From the IMG/VR virus record IMGVR_UViG_3300027969_000094: DNA of 20,000 bases; one strand, given 5' to 3'. Of this stretch, positions 15,261-20,000 are shown one piece after another. Within the stretch, counting starts at the first letter, position 1; the number at the start of each line of letters is the position of its first letter. The position numbers and the translations under genes are program-made. The stretch is from an uncultured virus (IMG/VR IMGVR_UViG_3300027969_000094) (Duplodnaviria; Heunggongvirae; Uroviricota; Caudoviricetes). The notes beneath the pieces were generated by a model. The model searched no databases, was not told the origin of the DNA, and saw nothing but the letters and a program-made list of their open reading frames with translations.

Positions 15261-17776
15261 TATTTACCTTTCTTTGTTTGCTCCTTTTGCCTCCGAGCAA
15301 TATCACGTTGATGTGCAAGGGTAGTTTGATGTTTTATCATCTCAATCCCCGCTTTACTACCTTCTATTTTCTGTGCAGCTTCGCGAGCTTCTTTATCAGT
15401 TATCGCTTTCATAGCTGCTTGTGCTCCTGCTGTTTGCTGTTGAGCTTGGATTCTCTCTCGTTCTACAGCAATTTGTTCCTGCTTAAGTTGTGCATCGACC
15501 ATGTCTTTTTGGGCTTTGCGTTGCTGCTCTGCTGCTTTAATTTGTAACTCTTGTTGTTGCATTTGAATAATTGGATCTTGGGCTTGTTGCTGTGCCTGTT
15601 GAGCCTGAGCTTCTTGTTGGTTTTGCATTAACAACTGTTGAGACGCTTGAGCTGCCATCTGTGCTACTTGATCTGCCATTTCTGGAGGCATTGGTTTAGG
15701 CTGTTCACCATCTTCAAGCATTGGAGGTAACTGCATACCCATAGCTTGTTCAATCTGTAGGCGATATTCAAAGCCTAAATGCTCGTTGATGTGTGCCATC
15801 ATTGTTAACTGCAGTTGTTGTGCCACCTGTGGGTTCATAGACAAAATCTGTTGGATCTTTGGATCTTGCATTGCTGCCATATGAACGCCAATATGAGCTT
15901 TGTGGTTTTGCTCAATAAAAGCTTTAACAGGTTTTTGTTTCAGAATGTTTTGGTTTTCGGCGACTGGATCCATTGGAGTCATGTCCTCAGCCATCGGTAC
16001 TAACTTCTGATAATTTTTGATTCCCAACACGTCTAGCATCTGACGGTGTAATAACGGTAGATCATAGAGCTGCGGTGCTGTTTGAGCGAGTTGTAGAGCT
16101 GCTTGATACTGTACTACTTTTTGCGCCATAGTAGCCGCGTTGGGATCGGAGACTGGAAGCACGTAGACCATGTCATAGTCTGATTGCTTAGCCATACGGC
16201 TGCCTTCTACAGGCTCATAGCCATACTCATCTGGAGTGTAGTCACGGATGATGTCTTTTAATAATTGAAACTCTTGCTTCATCGAATAGTGGATACGAGC
16301 TTGTATCGCACTCATTGTCTTAAGAGTTCTTTCTAAGATTGCTAGAGTCGTTCCTACTGGAGCATTAGCGCTCATGTCAGAAGCTTGTAGCTCAGTAGAG
16401 CCAGCAAATCTGCGACCTTCTTCTACGATTGTTCCTAATAGACTGTATAAGACTTGACTAGGTTCTTTGTAGGGAAGCGGTAACAAGTTGTCACGCATTG
16501 TCCCTGATGGAACATCTACATCACGGAACTCACCTGGGGCAATTGGGGTGTCGTCACCTTTGATTCGCAAGCCACGGGTCTTAAAGCCACCTGGCAAGTT
16601 GCTAAGTGTTCCTGCATCCACGAGTTGCCGAATAATACTAGTACCAGACTTAGCAAAAGCCCCGATAAGATGGATAAGCCCAAAAGCATAAAAGCCAAAG
16701 CCTGGAATGTACGGATAATGGACAAAATGGTTTCTCTTCTGATGTGTATCATCTTCGGGTCTCCAGTTACGACGAATAGCTAGGATAGTATTAGTACCCT
16801 TTTCAATAGTTACAACATAAGGCAAGCCAATGCCTGTAGCTTCACCATCTTCGTCTTTATGTTCAAAGCCAGGAATATCTAGCTCAACATGCATCTCTAA
16901 TAATTTAAAGCGATTGTCAGTAGTCGCTCTAAAGCCGAGCTTCTCTGCAATCTTCTTCTCTACCTCATCCATTACTTGGACAGGATCACCTAAATCACAC
17001 TCACGATAAAAGCCCGCAGCCTGCAAGCGGCGCACATCGTTCTCTGTCTTACGCATCACATGCGTGACACGCTCAGCTGCCTCTAAACTAGAAGCTCCAT
17101 AGGGGACAACTACATCTTCTGCAGGAACATACATAGATACTTGACGACCAAGACTTGGGTCAAAGTAAACTTTCTTAAACGCATTACCTGCTAAGCCCAA
17201 GCCCCACAACATGCGCTCATGCTCAGGGCGATATTCTTTCATTACATCAGTAATCTGATAGTTCATGTCATTTTGGACACGCTCAGCTGCATCTTTTTTC
17301 TCAGGAGTTTCTTTACCAATGATCTGAGTTTTTACTGGACCTGCCGCAGGCATGGTCTCCATCATGGTTTCAGCTTGGAACTTTACTAACGCCTCAGATA
17401 GAAGTGGGTGATATACACCGCAAGCACCTTCCCATGGTTCTGTACGTTCTTCAATCTTCAAACCTAATAGTTCTAAACCGTCTACATAAGTTTGAATCCA
17501 ATCTTTGCGAGAGCCAATGTCGTCTTCAAAGTCAGATGTTAAATCTGATGCGAGGGTCTGTAATGCTTGTTCGCTAATAACTTCTGCTAAGTTTTCGTCA
17601 AACTTTTCTTCCTCTTCTTCCTCTTCTATACGTAGAATAGGTTCGCCGTCAATCCCAATCTCTACCGCTTCTGGGTCTTCAATAGTAATCTCCAGAGCTG
17701 GCTCATCACCCATCATTTCTGGATCTAATTGGTCAAGTCCTAGTGGAGCTTGCGATAACGACTTATCTATTGCCAT
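15260..17776 (-). CDS. Portal protein (P22-like, with long Gln-rich C-terminal coiled coil)
   Basis: 838 aa directly after the terminase. Motifs PWEGACGV.HPLL.EA, AERV...MNYQ, G.AFKKVY.D and PGFGFY..GL; Q-rich tail. RBS AAGGA. Confidence 0.88.
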   Translation of the reverse strand: MAIDKSLSQAPLGLDQLDPEMMGDEPALEITIEDPEAVEIGIDGEPILRIEEEEEEEKFDENLAEVISEQALQTLASDLTSDFEDDIGSRKDWIQTYVDGLELLGLKIEERTEPWEGACGVYHPLLSEALVKFQAETMMETMPAAGPVKTQIIGKETPEKKDAAERVQNDMNYQITDVMKEYRPEHERMLWGLGLAGNAFKKVYFDPSLGRQVSMYVPAEDVVVPYGASSLEAAERVTHVMRKTENDVRRLQAAGFYRECDLGDPVQVMDEVEKKIAEKLGFRATTDNRFKLLEMHVELDIPGFEHKDEDGEATGIGLPYVVTIEKGTNTILAIRRNWRPEDDTHQKRNHFVHYPYIPGFGFYAFGLIHLIGAFAKSGTSIIRQLVDAGTLSNLPGGFKTRGLRIKGDDTPIAPGEFRDVDVPSGTMRDNLLPLPYKEPSQVLYSLLGTIVEEGRRFAGSTELQASDMSANAPVGTTLAILERTLKTMSAIQARIHYSMKQEFQLLKDIIRDYTPDEYGYEPVEGSRMAKQSDYDMVYVLPVSDPNAATMAQKVVQYQAALQLAQTAPQLYDLPLLHRQMLDVLGIKNYQKLVPMAEDMTPMDPVAENQNILKQKPVKAFIEQNHKAHIGVHMAAMQDPKIQQILSMNPQVAQQLQLTMMAHINEHLGFEYRLQIEQAMGMQLPPMLEDGEQPKPMPPEMADQVAQMAAQASQQLLMQNQQEAQAQQAQQQAQDPIIQMQQQELQIKAAEQQRKAQKDMVDAQLKQEQIAVERERIQAQQQTAGAQAAMKAITDKEAREAAQKIEGSKAGIEMIKHQTTLAHQRDIARRQKEQTKKGK

Positions 17777-17785
17777 TTTTTATCC

Positions 17786-19318
17786 TTAATAGTACGCAGC
17801 TTTTTTGCGGTACTTATACAACATGTCATCTTCGGGTTCATCATTCGGTAGACGTATAAAGCCACCCTGCCTGAATCTTAACAGAGCTAATGTAGTAGAG
17901 TCTACCAAGTCATCATTAGTTCCGCTAGGAAAATCGTTACATTCCTCAATTACTTCCTTCGCCCACCTGCGGTCTGGCGCCCAGACGACCCCGCCCGAAA
18001 ACAAATCTGAGACAGCATTAACACGAGCAATCTTATCTTGACCTTTGCCAGGTGTGAATTCCCCGACTGGTATGCCCATGCGGCGTAGTTCCTGATAGAG
18101 CGCTGCCCCGTTGGACTTTTTCTCGACCATGAACGCATCTGGTTGCCATTCTTTATACTCCTCAAGTACAAGCTTCTTAAGTTCTGGAAACTCCAACCGC
18201 TTTTTAATGGAGTTAAGGAGGATAATGTTGTAATTGTTAACCTCGTCATTGAAGAATACACCCCACGTCGTAAGCGCATTGTAGTCAGCCCTATTAGTTG
18301 CTTCTTGTGCCGCGTCTAGCGACATGATCGTAAATTCACAATCAGGTGGATCTTCCTTATCCCAAATTTTCCACCATTCCCGTTTAATCAGAGCGCCTTC
18401 TTCTGATACTGGGTTTTGCATGTACTGGGCATTCCAGTATCTTATGTCAAGTGCCGCCTTCTTTGCTAATAGCTCTTCTACAGGCCAAAATTCGGGCCAA
18501 AGTGCCTCTCCATCATCTTTAATTGCAGGAAACTCAACTACTTCCCATTTATCAACATCGTCATTATTTTCTTGTTGCTTTACTATTTGTCCCGTTAAGT
18601 CAAGTTTACTCCAGCGGGTCATAACAACAATAATTGCACCACCAGGCATGAGGCGCTGCAAAGGACCAGACTGAAACCACTCCCAAGCAGGAAGAAAAAC
18701 GTCGGGGCGTCCAGTCTTGGCTTCTTGCTCCGAGTGAGGATCGTCAATAATAAAAAGGTCAGCACCCCTACCAGCAAGAGCACCACCGACACCAATAGCG
18801 AAGTATTCTCCATTAAAATTTGTTCCCCATCTAGATGCTGATTTACTGTCCGCTTGTAATTCTATTTGCGGGAATATGCCTTTATACGACTCTGAACCCA
18901 CCAGATTCCTGACTCGACGACCGAAATTAACAGCAAGGTCCGCCGTATGCGAAGCCATGATAACTTTCTTTTGAGGGTATTTACCCAAGAACCAGGCGGG
19001 AGCAAGATATGAGATAAGTTCGGATTTGCCATGTCGCGGAGCAATGTTGACGATAACTCGCTTCTTTTTTCCTGCAGCGATATCTTCAAAGATTTGAGCA
19101 AGTTTAAGATGGTGTGGTCCAACTTTATATCCTGGATAAACGTGTTTAACAAAGTCCAAAAAGGAGATTTTTCCCCTTTCTTGGGTGAGAAATTCATCAT
19201 GTTGGGCTAATAATTCCTTTGCTTTTCGCTTAATTACGTCAGGTACTTTAGGGTTTTTGACTACCTGACGTAGCTTAAACAGGTGTTCTGGCGTTAATTT
19301 ACGCAGGTTTTGGGTCAT
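17786..19318 (-). CDS. terL: Terminase large subunit
   Basis: Walker A (IAPRHGKS), Walker B (FIIDDP), coupling motif VMTRW, YMQNP, and RNase H-like nuclease residues (SLDAA, ADY.A, VEKK.NG, DDLVDS). Confidence 0.95.
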   Translation of the reverse strand: MTQNLRKLTPEHLFKLRQVVKNPKVPDVIKRKAKELLAQHDEFLTQERGKISFLDFVKHVYPGYKVGPHHLKLAQIFEDIAAGKKKRVIVNIAPRHGKSELISYLAPAWFLGKYPQKKVIMASHTADLAVNFGRRVRNLVGSESYKGIFPQIELQADSKSASRWGTNFNGEYFAIGVGGALAGRGADLFIIDDPHSEQEAKTGRPDVFLPAWEWFQSGPLQRLMPGGAIIVVMTRWSKLDLTGQIVKQQENNDDVDKWEVVEFPAIKDDGEALWPEFWPVEELLAKKAALDIRYWNAQYMQNPVSEEGALIKREWWKIWDKEDPPDCEFTIMSLDAAQEATNRADYNALTTWGVFFNDEVNNYNIILLNSIKKRLEFPELKKLVLEEYKEWQPDAFMVEKKSNGAALYQELRRMGIPVGEFTPGKGQDKIARVNAVSDLFSGGVVWAPDRRWAKEVIEECNDFPSGTNDDLVDSTTLALLRFRQGGFIRLPNDEPEDDMLYKYRKKAAYY

Positions 19319-19877
19319 TACGCTCTTTATTAACGACTTCTTTAGCCTCTACGTCTATATATTTGCTCTCTACCTCGTCCAAAAGCTCCAATAACTCAGT
19401 CTCAACCTCTTCCATTGTCTGAATTTTGTGAGTAATCTCGGTTCTTTTCTTAAATGCATCCACTCCATCAACCTCACCAAGGGCACGAAGGGCTGTAATC
19501 TTGGTTTTTACGTCTTTTGAAGCCTCAACCGAGTGAACTAGGTGGTTAACTACGTATGTTTTAAGCTCTGCTAGCTCGTCTACTACCGAGACGTTCATCT
19601 GAGCCACCATACCAGCTAGCATAGCAAGCGTCTCGTTAGGATATTTAGCAAAATCGGGCCTAACTGTTGGATTTGTAAGCATTTCTTTAGCTAATTCTTT
19701 AGCTTCTTGAGCGTTTTCCTGGGTAGGAGAGATTGGTTGCCCTGTTAAATCGGACATTAAAGCTACTACTGCGGCTCGCATGTTTAATTCTTCAGTCGGA
19801 GTTAAATCAGGGAATGCTTCTTGAGCATTCTTAGGCAGAGGAACGTTTTCCTCAATACTGGGTATTAATACATCCAT
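19299..19877 (-). CDS. Putative terminase small subunit
   Basis: 192 aa from the ATG at 19877 (AAGGG RBS, promoter upstream). Helical, with KITALRALG...F..R.E.TH near the C-terminus. Overlaps the terL start. Function inferred mainly from position. Confidence 0.6.
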   Translation of the reverse strand: MDVLIPSIEENVPLPKNAQEAFPDLTPTEELNMRAAVVALMSDLTGQPISPTQENAQEAKELAKEMLTNPTVRPDFAKYPNETLAMLAGMVAQMNVSVVDELAELKTYVVNHLVHSVEASKDVKTKITALRALGEVDGVDAFKKRTEITHKIQTMEEVETELLELLDEVESKYIDVEAKEVVNKERNDPKPA

Positions 19878-19900
19878 GTCTGACCCTTGCAGTTTTCGCA

Positions 19901-19930
19901 AGTATATAGTGGATTTTAATTTTTTGTAAA
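19901..19930 (-). promoter_or_regulatory. Candidate sigma70-type promoter for the packaging/structural operon
   Basis: -35 TTTACA (19930-19925), 18-bp spacer, -10 TATACT (19906-19901), 23 nt upstream of the ATG at 19877. Confidence 0.6.
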
Positions 19931-20000
19931 GAAAATTTTGACGATTGTAAAGAACTTGGTGGGGTGGAAATCTACCGTGCCCACCCCCCGCAGGGCTCAC

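Noticed and set aside
15113..19200. Various short plus-strand and off-frame ORFs within the portal and terminase genes
   Set aside because: Shadow ORFs with no recognisable motifs. The terminase and portal appear uninterrupted, with no intron or intein evident.
19958..19986. GC-rich imperfect hairpin (GGTGGG...CCCACC) near the right edge
   Set aside because: Imperfect and close to the window edge; cannot be distinguished from the end of an upstream gene or terminator without more sequence.
19878..20000. N-terminal 41-aa extension of the 19299..20000 ORF
   Set aside because: The start coincides with the window edge and the region contains promoter-like AT-rich sequence. The ATG at 19877 with an RBS is more plausible.

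Overview
Morphogenesis (late) region of a tailed dsDNA bacteriophage, probably podovirus-like. All supported genes lie on the minus strand and are tightly packed. Reading right to left: a candidate sigma70 promoter, putative small terminase, large terminase, an 838-aa portal with a Gln-rich C-terminus, a small protein, a GroES-like co-chaperonin, a scaffold-like protein, two capsid-associated proteins, and a Mu-gpT-like/HK97-fold major capsid protein followed by an intrinsic terminator. Next come a structured, probably double-pseudoknotted RNA element and a cluster of about ten very small Lys/Arg-rich proteins, most sharing [MY]-x-x-G-G and RADG..xG[KH]T motifs. These are followed by two head-tail adaptor-like proteins with inserted beta-rich domains, then tail and fibre genes, including a 995-aa fibre with an S74 intramolecular chaperone. 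Three probable genes are missing from the supplied ORF track (1..598 partial, 8641..8814, 10082..10222), plus a 15-codon mini-ORF. The most interesting items are the post-capsid RNA element, the motif-sharing small basic protein cluster, an RBS-sequestering stem at 10996-11057 and a phased direct repeat over the late promoter. Functional calls rest on motif recognition and gene order only; no database searches were run.
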